Assembly: GCA_963663965.2 (NCBI GenBank)
Contig: CAXXFK010000011.1
Span: forward strand, 128,001-192,000
Reading direction: 5' to 3'
Origin: Sedimentisphaerales bacterium
GTDB taxonomy: Bacteria > Planctomycetota > Phycisphaerae > Sedimentisphaerales > SM23-30
DNA length: 64,000 bases
This document shows positions 33,676-44,385 of the stretch, one piece after another; the first letter of the stretch is position 1, and each line of letters opens with the position of its first letter. Position numbers and translations under genes: made by a program. The notes beneath the pieces were generated by a model that saw only the letters and a list, made by a program, of their open reading frames with translations, made no database searches and was not told where the DNA came from.

Positions 33676-36645
33676 TTACTTCTTTCTAAAGAGCGTGGCC
33701 GGGCTGATTTTCTCGCGGTTGCCAGAGGGGGTTTGGACATAAACCTCGAGAACTTCATCCACGGAGCCTTCGATATAGAGAACCTTGAGTTCATGCAGGC
33801 CGGCCTGAAGCGCCGCCTGGCCTGATTTGCTCGAGGCGCTGTGCATGCCGTCGTTATCGACAACCAGATCGCCATCCAGATAGAGACAACTGCCATCATC
33901 GGACCGGGTCCAGAAGGTATAAAGGCCATCTTCGGGGGCTTTATAATAGCCCGTAAAAATCATGCCGAAGTTATCCGAACGTTTTGAAAGTTTGATATCG
34001 ATATCGTCGCATTTGCCCTGCAGGGTCGGGCGGGCGCGGTTCAGCCGCTGGACACTCTGGAAGTTGCCATCGTACGCGGAGTATTCCAGGCCGGATTCAA
34101 GCGAATCGACCTGCTTTGCCGGGCGCGGCACCAGTTTCGTTACGGTTGAGGTCAGGATCATGCTTGGCATTGCGCCTTTTTTGAAGGCACGGGCTTTGAT
34201 GGTGGTGTCTTCATTGACGACAAATGGCCCGTGATAAACCGGGGAATCCATGGTCGGTTCACTACCGTCGGTGGTATAGCAGAGGCGGACATTGTCATCA
34301 TCACATTTCAATTCCACTTCAAGCGATTTCATAAAGGTCCGTTGAGAGCCGATGAGATAAGGCATCAGTGTCAAGGTTTGCTCTACGGGTGAATGGGGAC
34401 GATCAGAACTGGCGCTGCCCCACTGTTTGTTGGCTTTGGGCCCCATGGTGAATACCAGTTCGCCGCCGGCCATGACATCGGTATGCGTAATCCACGCCTT
34501 ACTGTAAGGCTTACCATTCAAGGTTACCGATTGAATATAGATATTTTCTGGAGAAATGTTTTTAGCGATGACATTGAAGGCCTTGCCACTTTCGAGATTG
34601 ATGGTGGCTTGTTTGAAATGGGGCGTACCAAAGACATAGACCGGCTGGCCGGGGCAAACCGGATAGAAGCCCAGCGCGCTGAAGACATACCAGGCCGACA
34701 TCTGGCCGCAGTCGTTGTTGCCGCAAAGGCCTTCGGGTTCATCGGTAAACAGGGTAGAAACGATCTGGGCGACTTTTTCCTGGGTTTTCCAGGCCGCTCC
34801 GGCGTAGGTGTAGAGATAGGCATAATTGTGGCAGGGTTCGTTACCCTGGGCGTACTGACCGATCAGGCCTGAGACATCAACATGTTCACGGCCCTGACGT
34901 GTGAACAGTTCATCCATTTTGGCGATAAAGCGAGCATCACCGCCCAGCAGATCGATCAGGCCGTTAACATCCTGTGGCGCAAAGAAGGTGTAATGCCAGG
35001 AGTTGCCTTCGGTGAATTCTCTGGCGCCATCGGCGGGAAGATGGTCCGGATTGAAATCAACCTTCCAGTTGCCATTGGAATCTTTGGCGCGGACAAAACC
35101 GATCGAGCGATCAAAAATATTGCGGAAATACTGGGCGCGCTTACTGAACTCGGCAGTGTCATCTTTCAGATCAAGTTCCCTGGCAATCTGGGAAATGCAC
35201 CAGTCATCAAATGAATATTCCATGGTGCGCGAGGCGGACTGGCCTTCTTTATCGAGTGCCGCGTAACCCAGTTCCTTGTATTCTTTCATGCCCTGATGAT
35301 CCTGCATGGCGCTGGTTTTCATGGCCAGATAGGCTTTCTTAATATCGAAGCCGTGAATGCCCTTAATCCAGGCATCCACGATGGGCGGAATAGCATGATA
35401 ACCAATCATGCACCAGGTTTCGCCGGAATGCAACTCCCAATAGGGCAACAGACCTCGCTGCTCGAATTTGCCGATCATCGAGTTAATAAAATCATTGGTG
35501 CGCTTCTGGTCCAGAATGGTAAACAGGGGCATTTCGGCCCGGAAGGTATCCCAGAGGGAAAAAACGGTATAGTTATCAAAACCATCGGCTTGATGGACCT
35601 GTCTGTCAGTGCCGCGATACTGGCCATCCACATCGATGAACAGGTTGGGAGTCAGACTGCAACGATAAAGCGCAGTATAAAATACGGTTTCATCGGCGGG
35701 TTTCTGGCCTTTGACCGAAATTTTAGATAGTTGATTCTGCCAGGCGGCCTGGGCCTTGTCACAGAGTGCATTGAAATCCCAACCCGGCGCTTCGGCTTCC
35801 AGGTTCTTTATGGCGCCTTCCCAACTGACTGCGGAGAGCGCCACTTTCACAATGATGGTCTTATTCTGAGTGGTATCGAAACGGACATAGCCTTTGATAT
35901 TGCGCGCATCACTGGTTCGTACCGAGGCATCCTGTGGCTGATCATCCACTACCAGTCCACTGGAATTGAACGGTTGAGAGAATCTTGCAACAAAAAAGAG
36001 GAACCGATCCGGCGACCAGCCGCTTTTGCGAATATAACCGCGTACTTCATTATTGCCGACGATTTCCGCCTTGCTTTCGCGGATACGGGTTCCACCGATC
36101 GCATGGGTCAGGTCGATAATAACATTGGCCTGTTTTGTCGCAGGGTAGGTGTATTTATGCACACCTACGCGCGGGGTCGCAGTCAGTTCGACGTCGATAT
36201 TGTAATCTTTCAATGTCACCCCATAGAAACCGGCAAATGCCTTTTCCTGGTCATGACTGAAACGGGAGCGATAGCCCTCATCGGGATTTCGTTTTGAACC
36301 GGGTTGGAACTTCAGTTCACCCGTCGTGGGCATAAAGAGGAAATCACCCAGGTCGGCGCAGCCGGTGCCATCGAGATGGGTATGGCTGAATCCCATGATG
36401 TTATCATCGGTGTAATGATAACCCGAACACCAGTCCCAACCGTTGGTATCGGTATCCGGACTGAGTTGAACCATGCCAAAAGGCATCGATACGCCCGGAT
36501 AAGTATGGCCGTGGGCTCCGGTTCCGATGAACGGATTAACTTTTTTAGCCAGCGGGTAGTCACCGGCCGGCGTGCTGCTGACAATAATTCCCATCAGTAA
36601 AGGCACCAGTAGTAAAATTGACCGGTTTTGTCTCGTTTTTTTCAT
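33676..36645 (-). CDS. GH92 alpha-mannosidase with Fn3-associated and PA14 domains
   Basis: VNPFIGT..GHTYPG..PFGMVQLSPDT; FSLWDTFRA; FTEGNSWHY; QYAQGNEP; GNNDCGQMSAWYVFSALGFYPV; YTTDGSEP; PA14 motif SDDGS.L..DG.LVVDNDGMH. Confidence 0.95.
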   Translation of the reverse strand: MKKTRQNRSILLLVPLLMGIIVSSTPAGDYPLAKKVNPFIGTGAHGHTYPGVSMPFGMVQLSPDTDTNGWDWCSGYHYTDDNIMGFSHTHLDGTGCADLGDFLFMPTTGELKFQPGSKRNPDEGYRSRFSHDQEKAFAGFYGVTLKDYNIDVELTATPRVGVHKYTYPATKQANVIIDLTHAIGGTRIRESKAEIVGNNEVRGYIRKSGWSPDRFLFFVARFSQPFNSSGLVVDDQPQDASVRTSDARNIKGYVRFDTTQNKTIIVKVALSAVSWEGAIKNLEAEAPGWDFNALCDKAQAAWQNQLSKISVKGQKPADETVFYTALYRCSLTPNLFIDVDGQYRGTDRQVHQADGFDNYTVFSLWDTFRAEMPLFTILDQKRTNDFINSMIGKFEQRGLLPYWELHSGETWCMIGYHAIPPIVDAWIKGIHGFDIKKAYLAMKTSAMQDHQGMKEYKELGYAALDKEGQSASRTMEYSFDDWCISQIARELDLKDDTAEFSKRAQYFRNIFDRSIGFVRAKDSNGNWKVDFNPDHLPADGAREFTEGNSWHYTFFAPQDVNGLIDLLGGDARFIAKMDELFTRQGREHVDVSGLIGQYAQGNEPCHNYAYLYTYAGAAWKTQEKVAQIVSTLFTDEPEGLCGNNDCGQMSAWYVFSALGFYPVCPGQPVYVFGTPHFKQATINLESGKAFNVIAKNISPENIYIQSVTLNGKPYSKAWITHTDVMAGGELVFTMGPKANKQWGSASSDRPHSPVEQTLTLMPYLIGSQRTFMKSLEVELKCDDDNVRLCYTTDGSEPTMDSPVYHGPFVVNEDTTIKARAFKKGAMPSMILTSTVTKLVPRPAKQVDSLESGLEYSAYDGNFQSVQRLNRARPTLQGKCDDIDIKLSKRSDNFGMIFTGYYKAPEDGLYTFWTRSDDGSCLYLDGDLVVDNDGMHSASSKSGQAALQAGLHELKVLYIEGSVDEVLEVYVQTPSGNREKISPATLFRKK

Positions 36646-37024
36646 GTATGATCTCCTGTCAGTTGTTTAAACGCCCGGGCAGCCCATTTCGCATTATGAT
36701 TGTCTATCCGGGTTGAATCAAACAGGTATCCTCTAAATAACCGGACTAGATGTCAATAGAATTTCGTATTTGAATCATTAAATGATCTGGATTCAGAACT
36801 GGTGGAATAGTTATTCAAACACAATAAATACCATCATCAAATGAGACACATACTAATATAACTATCTACTATAAAATATATAACGCAATTTTTCACATAT
36901 AAATCATTCAATAACCTGTTTCATTGAGAACAATCATTTTTAATAAAATTACAAGAAGTCTTTGCATTAGTTCAATTATCCAGTTAAACTATTCAATAGA
37001 TATAACCAATAAAAAGGAAACAGA

Positions 37025-37685
37025 ATGAAACGACAACGTATCGATGGTCAGGAAACCCGCCTGGCCCTGCTAGAAGCAGCCAGTGTGCTTTTTGCTCAAA
37101 AAGGATATAAAGAGGCGACCAACGCGGAGATCTGCAAACAAGCGAAGACCAATACCGCTTCAATCAATTATCACTTTTCCAGCAAGGAGAATCTATATAT
37201 TGAAGCGTGGAAATACGCCTTTAACCGGTCGCTGGAACGTTATCCAGAAGATGGCGGTGTGGCGCCGGATGCGCCAGTCGAAGACCGTTTTTTTTGGCAA
37301 GGTCAAGTCAATGATGCAACGGATCGCGGATCCGGAGAACCATGATTTCGATATTATCCATAAAGAGATGGCCAATCCCACGGGATTGCTGCATCCGCAT
37401 ATTCATGAGTCGATCGATAAACTGGAAAACAGTTTCATCGCGATCATCCGGGAATTGCTGGGACCGGAGCTCCCGGAACGTCAGGTGATTCTGACCCATA
37501 TGGCAATCAAAGGGGAGTGTTTCGGGCCGATGCTGCATCTCAGACGGATTCAATCAGGCGAAGAACCCCCCCCACCCAAAAGCTTTCCGGAAAATTTTAA
37601 TATCGAAGAACTCGCCCAGCATATTGTACGGTTCAGTTTAGAGGGAATTAAAGGGCTGCGCCAGCACGCCCCCCAGCTGGATTAA
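37025..37685 (+). CDS. TetR/AcrR-family regulator (CerR/DUF1956-like C-terminus), frameshifted at the T8 run 37288-37295
   Basis: HTH TRLALLEAA.VLFAQKGY..EIC..A..N.ASINYHFSSKENLY. Removing one T joins it to GKVKSMMQRI...EMANPTG...IVRFSLEGI. Confidence 0.85.
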
Positions 37686-37861
37686 ACCTGCTGTCCCTCC
37701 ACCCAGAGTATACCCATTGAAAGGACATTCCCTTGAAATCATCCAATACACCCAATCTGCGCCTATATCGTACCGGATGCTTCTGTCCCCCAGAATGATT
37801 GGATCGCATGGTGGCGGTATTCCAACAATCCGGTTTTTACCCCCTAACTGTGGAACTTGGG

Positions 37862-38407
37862 CTAAATGATTACATCAGGTAGTGTGGGTACCTCCACGCG
37901 GAACCTGCCATTCCAGCAAAATACCATGCCAGTGCCGGTAACAGGGTATCCATAAGGAGTAATGCGGCATTCTGAACAGGCCCAGTGAAACAGGATCTGC
38001 TGATCTTCTTTTGACAAGCCGTTCCGCGCATACGGCTGTTGGAAGAACGCTTCAACGCAACAGGGCGGATAGCCAAACAGATACCCTTCCAACCGAACCG
38101 TTTCCAGAGTCTTATCTATCGGCGTTCGATCAAAGCGCTCCAGATAAAGATCACAATAGGGCTGAAGTGTACTGAACAGGGTCTCAACAACCTCATGGCC
38201 GCTCTGCACAGTGCGAACGACGCTCGCGGTATGCAATCCCATCGTTTGCATAAGCGATAGCTGCGCGGCAGTAACAGGTTTCTCCCATCGACTCAACGGC
38301 TTGACCCCCTGACGGGTTAACAATGCCAGATAAGCCAACTGCATTTCAGATTGTTCTAACTGCTTAACGCACTCACGGATAGTCGCTTGTGTTTCATCCA
38401 CCGGCAT
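37862..38407 (-). CDS. Cys-rich hypothetical protein (DUF483-like)
   Basis: KPLSRWE; GYLFGYPPCCVEAF; FHWACSEC. The C-terminus may be frameshifted near 37955. Confidence 0.55.
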   Translation of the reverse strand: MPVDETQATIRECVKQLEQSEMQLAYLALLTRQGVKPLSRWEKPVTAAQLSLMQTMGLHTASVVRTVQSGHEVVETLFSTLQPYCDLYLERFDRTPIDKTLETVRLEGYLFGYPPCCVEAFFQQPYARNGLSKEDQQILFHWACSECRITPYGYPVTGTGMVFCWNGRFRVEVPTLPDVII

Positions 38408-38463
38408 TTACCTCTTCCTGACAATGAATGTCAAAACTCCGCATGAAGCGGTACAACGGGAAT

Positions 38464-40482
38464 TTACGGCTGGGTATCGGACAACCATTGCCGGGTCAGG
38501 CCGGCCAGGTCATTCATATCAATCACACAATTCCGATTGGAGTCCGCGGGAAGATAGACCGTCCCCAGGTCGCCGCATTGCCGGGGAAATTCCAGAATTT
38601 GTAATAACGGATTAACCATGGCCCGCCCCCGGCCATGCACATCGCCGGCAAATTCAAAACACCCATGTTCAAGATAATGCTTGGCGATATAAGGCACTTC
38701 CATCGACGTCCCCTGACCGGGATTAACGATTTCCAGATACCCCATATTGACCTGCAAACCACAGATCAGACAGTTTTCCAAACCCTTCATGGGGTGATCG
38801 ATCACATAGGTTTCTTTCATCGCGTCAGGAATCACATCTGACGCATCGTACCTGGGCAATTCATCGATAACACCACTGCACCGCCGTGCGGTTTCCACCC
38901 CATCTGGAATCAGATTCAGATTCTGGTCAGGATCGTAAAGATTCGACAACGCCTTGATTTCTTCCAGATCGGTAAGCCGGTCAAAATCCGTATCGCTGCC
39001 AGCCGGAGGCAGATCATGCTCGTCCGGTTCGTAAGGCAGCGTCATTTCCAGTACTCGCATCAGCCGGAGCACTTCCGCGCGCCCCTGGTGGTCATCACCC
39101 AGATAGGTCAGCGAGCCGTGAGCCATCGCATGCAAAGCAATATCCGGCAGAAAACCAATCCCTTCCGGATAACGCAGTTTCAACGCGGTATTGGTCATTT
39201 CAGTCCCGCCCATATGAATCCATTCGCCACAGATCAGGCATTCTTCCAAACCGTCCAATTCATGGCGGAAAATCTGGATATGGTCAGCTCCGCCGCTATT
39301 GATCAAATCCGTGATACGAACATGAAGGGCCCGGGCCAGATCCACTCCATCAAGAGTGCCTGATGAATTCATATCCGCTTCGAATGGCAGATATCCCAGC
39401 CCATGCTCTTCCGGGTCCGACAGCAAATCACCGTCACTGTCATTCGCCACCGGGACCTGATGACGATCGGGAAATCCCAGTTCCAATACCTTCAGCAGTA
39501 GTGGCACATCAAGCCTTAGATCATGTTCCGTGCCATCACTGGTAAAAGAACCATGATGCATAAAATGCTGACTGATAAAGGGAACGGCAATCGCCAGCGC
39601 CTTGTCGGCGTTAACCACTTCCATAAAGCCCATGTTTTCTATCTTGCCACAGATTTCACAGGTTTCCAGCCCAAAAGTGTAATGCTCGATCACATAGATC
39701 GCGTCTGATCCAACTGCGTCGGTATAACGAGGCAGTTGATCGATTTTCACCGCGCACTGGATCGCCAGTTCCACACCGTCAGGCATGCCATTGTCATTCT
39801 GATCTGAATCCCCGGGATCCGTACCCAGTTTCTTTTCTTCAGTATCCGCCAGCAAATCCAGATCACCATCAACTGGCACCATCAACTGGTGGGAATCGGG
39901 AAAGCTCAATTCCAGAAGTTGGATGAACTGCGGCACATTCAAACGGCCATCATGCAGGGTGCCGTCATAGCTGAATGATCCATGGTTGAGGTAATGAAGG
40001 CTGATATAGGGGATTTCGATGGGTTGATTGATCCTGGGATTGATCACTTCCAGGTAGCCCATATTAACCGATTCACCACAGATCTCGCAACTTTCCAGAC
40101 CCCGCATTTGATGATGAACAATGTGAATGGTATCTGGAACCGCACCCGTGCTATAAACCGGTAAAGCGTCAATAGTGACCGCGCATAATTTTGCCAGTTC
40201 AACACCATCCGGAATAAGATTGTGATTCTGGTCAGGATTGTCCCCTAAAAGTCCCAGCTGCGCTTCTTCGATATCCGTCAGAAAGTCGCCATCCTCATCC
40301 GGCATCACGGCCAGCCAATGCGGATCGGGGGTGGTCTGCCCCAAACTCTTATGAAGCAGAGCCTGCGACGACAACGCTAACAGGGCCGCCGTCCCCGTTT
40401 GGATAGTTAACTGACACAAAGGACTTCTTCTGGACCGGATTTTCCTTAATTGTCGAATTTTTCGCCTTTTTAAAGGTCTCAT
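38464..40482 (-). CDS. Probably exported protein with four tandem ~145-aa Cys/His repeats and a C-terminal dockerin-like module
   Basis: Four copies of DxH..DxDxDxLxDxEE..DGV..HxxxGLExCxICGxxx[NH]MG..PxIxxHxxxHG..GxxH. Tail ADSNRNCVIDMNDLAGLTRQWL; AAGGAGG RBS. Confidence 0.85.
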   Translation of the reverse strand: MRPLKRRKIRQLRKIRSRRSPLCQLTIQTGTAALLALSSQALLHKSLGQTTPDPHWLAVMPDEDGDFLTDIEEAQLGLLGDNPDQNHNLIPDGVELAKLCAVTIDALPVYSTGAVPDTIHIVHHQMRGLESCEICGESVNMGYLEVINPRINQPIEIPYISLHYLNHGSFSYDGTLHDGRLNVPQFIQLLELSFPDSHQLMVPVDGDLDLLADTEEKKLGTDPGDSDQNDNGMPDGVELAIQCAVKIDQLPRYTDAVGSDAIYVIEHYTFGLETCEICGKIENMGFMEVVNADKALAIAVPFISQHFMHHGSFTSDGTEHDLRLDVPLLLKVLELGFPDRHQVPVANDSDGDLLSDPEEHGLGYLPFEADMNSSGTLDGVDLARALHVRITDLINSGGADHIQIFRHELDGLEECLICGEWIHMGGTEMTNTALKLRYPEGIGFLPDIALHAMAHGSLTYLGDDHQGRAEVLRLMRVLEMTLPYEPDEHDLPPAGSDTDFDRLTDLEEIKALSNLYDPDQNLNLIPDGVETARRCSGVIDELPRYDASDVIPDAMKETYVIDHPMKGLENCLICGLQVNMGYLEIVNPGQGTSMEVPYIAKHYLEHGCFEFAGDVHGRGRAMVNPLLQILEFPRQCGDLGTVYLPADSNRNCVIDMNDLAGLTRQWLSDTQP

Positions 40483-40523
40483 GGCTGGGCCTCCTTAAAT
40501 TGATACTGCTTACCATCGAATAG

Positions 40524-40583
40524 GCCCGCTGGGCCGTGATATAAGTTCTACACGAACAAAAACTTAGATTGCGAGCGATCAGG
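40524..40583 (-). promoter_or_regulatory. Copy 2 of the 60-bp conserved intergenic motif
   Basis: gcccgctgggccgtgatataagttctacacgaacaaaaacttagattgcgagcgatcagg, 41 nt upstream of ATG 40482. Confidence 0.7.
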
Positions 40584-40590
40584 AATTCTC

Positions 40591-40605
40591 ATACCCATTG
40601 GGTAT
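40591..40605. promoter_or_regulatory. Perfect palindrome ATACCCA-T-TGGGTAT (candidate operator)
   Basis: Seen directly. A near-identical copy, ATCCCCATTGGGTAT, lies at 46219-46233 at almost the same offset from the 60-bp motif. Confidence 0.5.
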
Positions 40606-41298
40606 AGTTTCATCTTTATTAACTAACAAAACACCCTCTCAACAGATCCTCGCCTTGCGTGTAACGAATAACCTTAAAGGATTATACAGTAACAAACTCA
40701 AACTTTTCCATATCCAAATCGCTCTTTTGTACGCTAACCTTCTAATACCTTGATTTTTTGCATAGTCATGACTCTGCTATATTTAGAGTGCCAAACAAAA
40801 TGCTTTCGTAACAAAACTGAGAAAAAAATTTTCTGTAAGGTCGCAAATCCGCCTTGGGAGAATTGCAGAGACCAGCCTCCCCCAGGCAATTTTTCTATGG
40901 ATTGTCGATGGTTATTGGGCCCCGAAAACGCGGCGGATAACGATCCCGACCGGTTGTAGAAAAAAACTCATTTTGTTAGGTGCTCTAATATACAGACCAT
41001 CCAAATGCTCACTGATACAGTTTTGTTTACACCAAATTTCTCTAACAAGGCATGTACAAATTTAAATTCATATTAAACCCGCCACTCATTTTAATCGATA
41101 ACTTTGATAAATGGAATTAGGTTAGAGCTTGTATATACACACCAGTTCTAGCAGAGCACAATGGTAATACGTACTTCGCTCGATATCCATTTTACCTGAA
41201 ATCATGATCTGGATGCTCTATTACATTGTTGAGTCATCTGTTGAGAAAATTTAGCATCTGCTTTTCCGTTATAACCATAAGAAGAAGGGAAGTTATAT

Positions 41299-43272
41299 AT
41301 GATTGATACTCAATCGGCAAAAATATCAAAGTGTAAAATAAGTCTGAGGACAAAATTATTTATCCCGGTTATTGTTTTATTTATCGCGTTTGTGTTGGTT
41401 TTGTTTTTAGTCCTGAATGGAAAAAATTCATCTCAGAACAGTCTTGAGGTAGCCAATCAACTGGAGAACACGACTCAGAAGGTGCTCGAGCTAAAAATGA
41501 TGATATCCGATTTCTATCATCAGCCCGAGTTTCAGCAGGATGATGTGGACAAAATCAATGAAGCGATGACGGAGATCAAGCAGGCGTATGGCGTCAATGA
41601 TCCCGAACTGGCAACAGCCATAGACGATATTAGGACGGACATGGAGAAAATTGTTGCCGCCAAATCTAAAAATAAAGAGATTTTACGAGAAGTGGCCGCG
41701 TCCATTGAGACATCTGTCAAAATGTCCAATAATTACATTGAACAAGTCGCCCAGAAACTGGCGGATCCGGACCTGGAAAAAGAAGTGACAAAATTAGAGC
41801 GAATGGTCATTATTGGCGCCAATATTAACACGACCAGTAATTTGCGAGTAAAAGATTTATTCAGCCAGATGGTGTATGACATCGATAAAAAAACTGAATT
41901 TTTCGATTACCTGAAAGTCTCGTTGGAAAATTGCAGAAAAGATGTTGAAAGACTGGCGGATACTCCGTTCGCCCAGCTACCGGTTGAATCTGAAAAGGCG
42001 ATTCTGGTTATCCATCAATATGCCGCTGATTATGTCAACAATGCGGTGTCAATGCAGGCCGCAAACAGTAATATCCAAACCATCGTAACCGATAAGATCG
42101 ATGGCTATAAAAGGGAGAATCAGGTTGTCCAGAAAAATACCGCCAATATCGTGGCGCGGTCGTATATCCAAATAGGTGGCCCGCTGCTGGCTTGCGGCCT
42201 GGTTATCGGAATCATTACCTGGATTGTCACATCAAACATCTATAAAGTGCTGCGTCCCGTCATTGCCTCGCTGGAAGACATTTCGACGGGTGAGGGTGAT
42301 TTGACCAAACGCATTGATGTGAAAAGCAATGATGAAATTGGCCAACTGGCCGGTTTTTTCAATACCTTTATTGAAAAGCTGCATAAGATGATTTCTCATG
42401 TGGCTGATAATGCCAAAAATCTGGCCGCTTCGGCCGAGGGATTATCGAATACATCCAATACCATGACAATCAATATCAAAGGAGTCAGCGAGAAATCCGA
42501 TTCTGTGGCAAATGCAACGGAGGCGATGTCTTCGAGTATGAACAACATTTCCTCCACTACCGAGCAGTTGTCGGCAAATGTCAAGACGGTTGCCGCTGCG
42601 GTGGAAGAGATGACGGCAAGTATCAGTGAGGTTGCCCGTAATGCCGAACAGGCCGCCTCTGTCGCCAACGATGCGGCGGGATTGGCTGAATCCAGTAATC
42701 AGAACATTAGCAAATTGGGCCAGGCCGCCGATGAGATTGGCAAGGTGGTGGAAGTTATTGAAAAAATTGCTGAACAAACGAATTTGTTGGCGCTGAATGC
42801 GACCATCGAGGCCGCCCGCGCCGGTGACGCCGGCAAAGGATTCGCTGTCGTCGCGACCGAAGTTAAGGAACTGGCCAAGCAGACTGCCGAGGCGACTCAG
42901 GATATTGCCAACCGAATCGGCGCGATCCAATCCACCTCCACGGACGCGGTGGTTTCGATGCGACAGATTGGCGATGTGATTTCAAAAGTGAACGGCGTGT
43001 CGCGGACGATCGCTTCTGCGGTTGAAGAACAGAGCATCACCACGAAAGAAATTGCTGAAAATGTGGCTCAAGCCGCGACGGCCTCGGAAACGGTTGCTGC
43101 CGGTGTAACGCAAACAGCGTCGGCATCCCGGGAAATAGCAAAGAACATTTCTGAGGTTAACTCTGCGGCGCAAGACAATGCGCAGGGCGCAACCCAAACA
43201 CAGGAAGCCGGCCAGAAACTCTCGATGCTGGCTAGAGAACTGCAATCATTGGTTGGACAGTTTAAGATTTGA
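41299..43272 (+). CDS. Methyl-accepting chemotaxis protein
   Basis: Two TMs; HAMP ([18 protein letters not shown]); signalling hairpin [40 protein letters not shown]. Confidence 0.97.
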   Translation: MIDTQSAKISKCKISLRTKLFIPVIVLFIAFVLVLFLVLNGKNSSQNSLEVANQLENTTQKVLELKMMISDFYHQPEFQQDDVDKINEAMTEIKQAYGVNDPELATAIDDIRTDMEKIVAAKSKNKEILREVAASIETSVKMSNNYIEQVAQKLADPDLEKEVTKLERMVIIGANINTTSNLRVKDLFSQMVYDIDKKTEFFDYLKVSLENCRKDVERLADTPFAQLPVESEKAILVIHQYAADYVNNAVSMQAANSNIQTIVTDKIDGYKRENQVVQKNTANIVARSYIQIGGPLLACGLVIGIITWIVTSNIYKVLRPVIASLEDISTGEGDLTKRIDVKSNDEIGQLAGFFNTFIEKLHKMISHVADNAKNLAASAEGLSNTSNTMTINIKGVSEKSDSVANATEAMSSSMNNISSTTEQLSANVKTVAAAVEEMTASISEVARNAEQAASVANDAAGLAESSNQNISKLGQAADEIGKVVEVIEKIAEQTNLLALNATIEAARAGDAGKGFAVVATEVKELAKQTAEATQDIANRIGAIQSTSTDAVVSMRQIGDVISKVNGVSRTIASAVEEQSITTKEIAENVAQAATASETVAAGVTQTASASREIAKNISEVNSAAQDNAQGATQTQEAGQKLSMLARELQSLVGQFKI

Positions 43273-43400
43273 ACTGTCTTGAGTTTGACGTATAGTTTAT
43301 AGTTGAAGTTCGCTGCCCGGCCCAATCTTTCTGGCGCGTATTGTACCCATGAGAACCTCTGATCTCTAAACGGAATGAGATACCCTTTACAATTGAATTA

Positions 43401-43460
43401 TCCCGTTGCGCCGGGAAATAACTAATGGACGAGTAATAAGTTATCTTTCGAACGATCAGG
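43401..43460 (-). promoter_or_regulatory. Copy 3 of the 60-bp conserved intergenic motif
   Basis: tcccgttgcgccgggaaataactaatggacgagtaataagttatctttcgaacgatcagg. Carries the compensatory AACT/AGTT arms; lies 50 nt upstream of an RBS-ATG 17-aa ORF (43297..43350). Confidence 0.65.
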
Positions 43461-43579
43461 ATTTTTCCTTATCCAGTCCACTGCAAATAAGTTGTAAAAA
43501 AATCGAACAAATAATACCGTAAACCACCATGATTGCCAAGGGCTATAAAGTATTATAATTACTCAGGGATGACTGCCGG

Positions 43580-44057
43580 CTAGTCCACCATATACTCACT
43601 CTCCACCACCACCCCATCGCTGGTCTTGAAGATAAGGGCCGTACAATTCCCCGCTTGCTGAGACAGCAGTGAGACATGAATCCTGTTCTCCTCTTCAGTA
43701 ATCCTGGGAAGCACATAACCGCTTCCATCATACGCCGCTTTCACAATTCGCACGATGGCCTCGGCTGGCGTCCCCACGGGGATCCTCAACCAGGCCGCCC
43801 GCAGTATCCGTTCCGAAGGAGCCGGCAGCACAAAATTCGCCGCCAGTACCCCAAACACCACCCCCCCAACCCAGACGGCCTGTTTCTTCTTAATACTCGT
43901 GGCCCATACCCCATAGAATAACAGAGCAGCCATAACACAAAACAATAAATATCGATAAGTAAACGCAACAACCCCCATCCACTGGTCCAATTCATACACC
44001 AACCATACCACAAAAAGCAAGCAAACCAGTCAATAACATAACCAGGAACGTTTTCAT
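43580..44057 (-). CDS. Small hypothetical membrane protein, frameshifted in a T5 run near 44014
   Basis: TAAGGTG RBS and ATG 44057 (MKTFLVMLLTGLLA). Removing one T joins it to FVVWLVYELDQW...; three hydrophobic segments. Confidence 0.6.
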
Positions 44058-44385
44058 ATCAAACACCTTACAAGTTTTCTTCTGTATTCAATTCCGAGGT
44101 TATATAATTCTTTATATAAGAACAGGAATTCCTTTTACACCTTGACTATTATATAAAATTACTTCCCCGAAGTCAAATCTACCTTTTTCAGTGTCGCTGC
44201 CCCAACTTTCACATCTCCGATCCACCTCCGGGGAATAATAAAACAGCAGCCGGGCCCATAAAGAATTCACTGATCCAATATTTCCATAATTATTACAAAC
44301 CAGTTACATACTTTTATGGTTCGATAGCGATATAATATCTATTATAGAAAAAAACCATAGATCCCAGAAAATGCAAGGTCTTACT

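Noticed and set aside
38464..40482. Multiheme cytochrome c
   Set aside because: All four motifs are CxxCG, not CxxCH.
43441..43456. Resemblance of ATCTTTCGAACG to a Tn3 res half-site
   Set aside because: Short match, clear in one copy only; no resolvase, transposase or three-site res layout.
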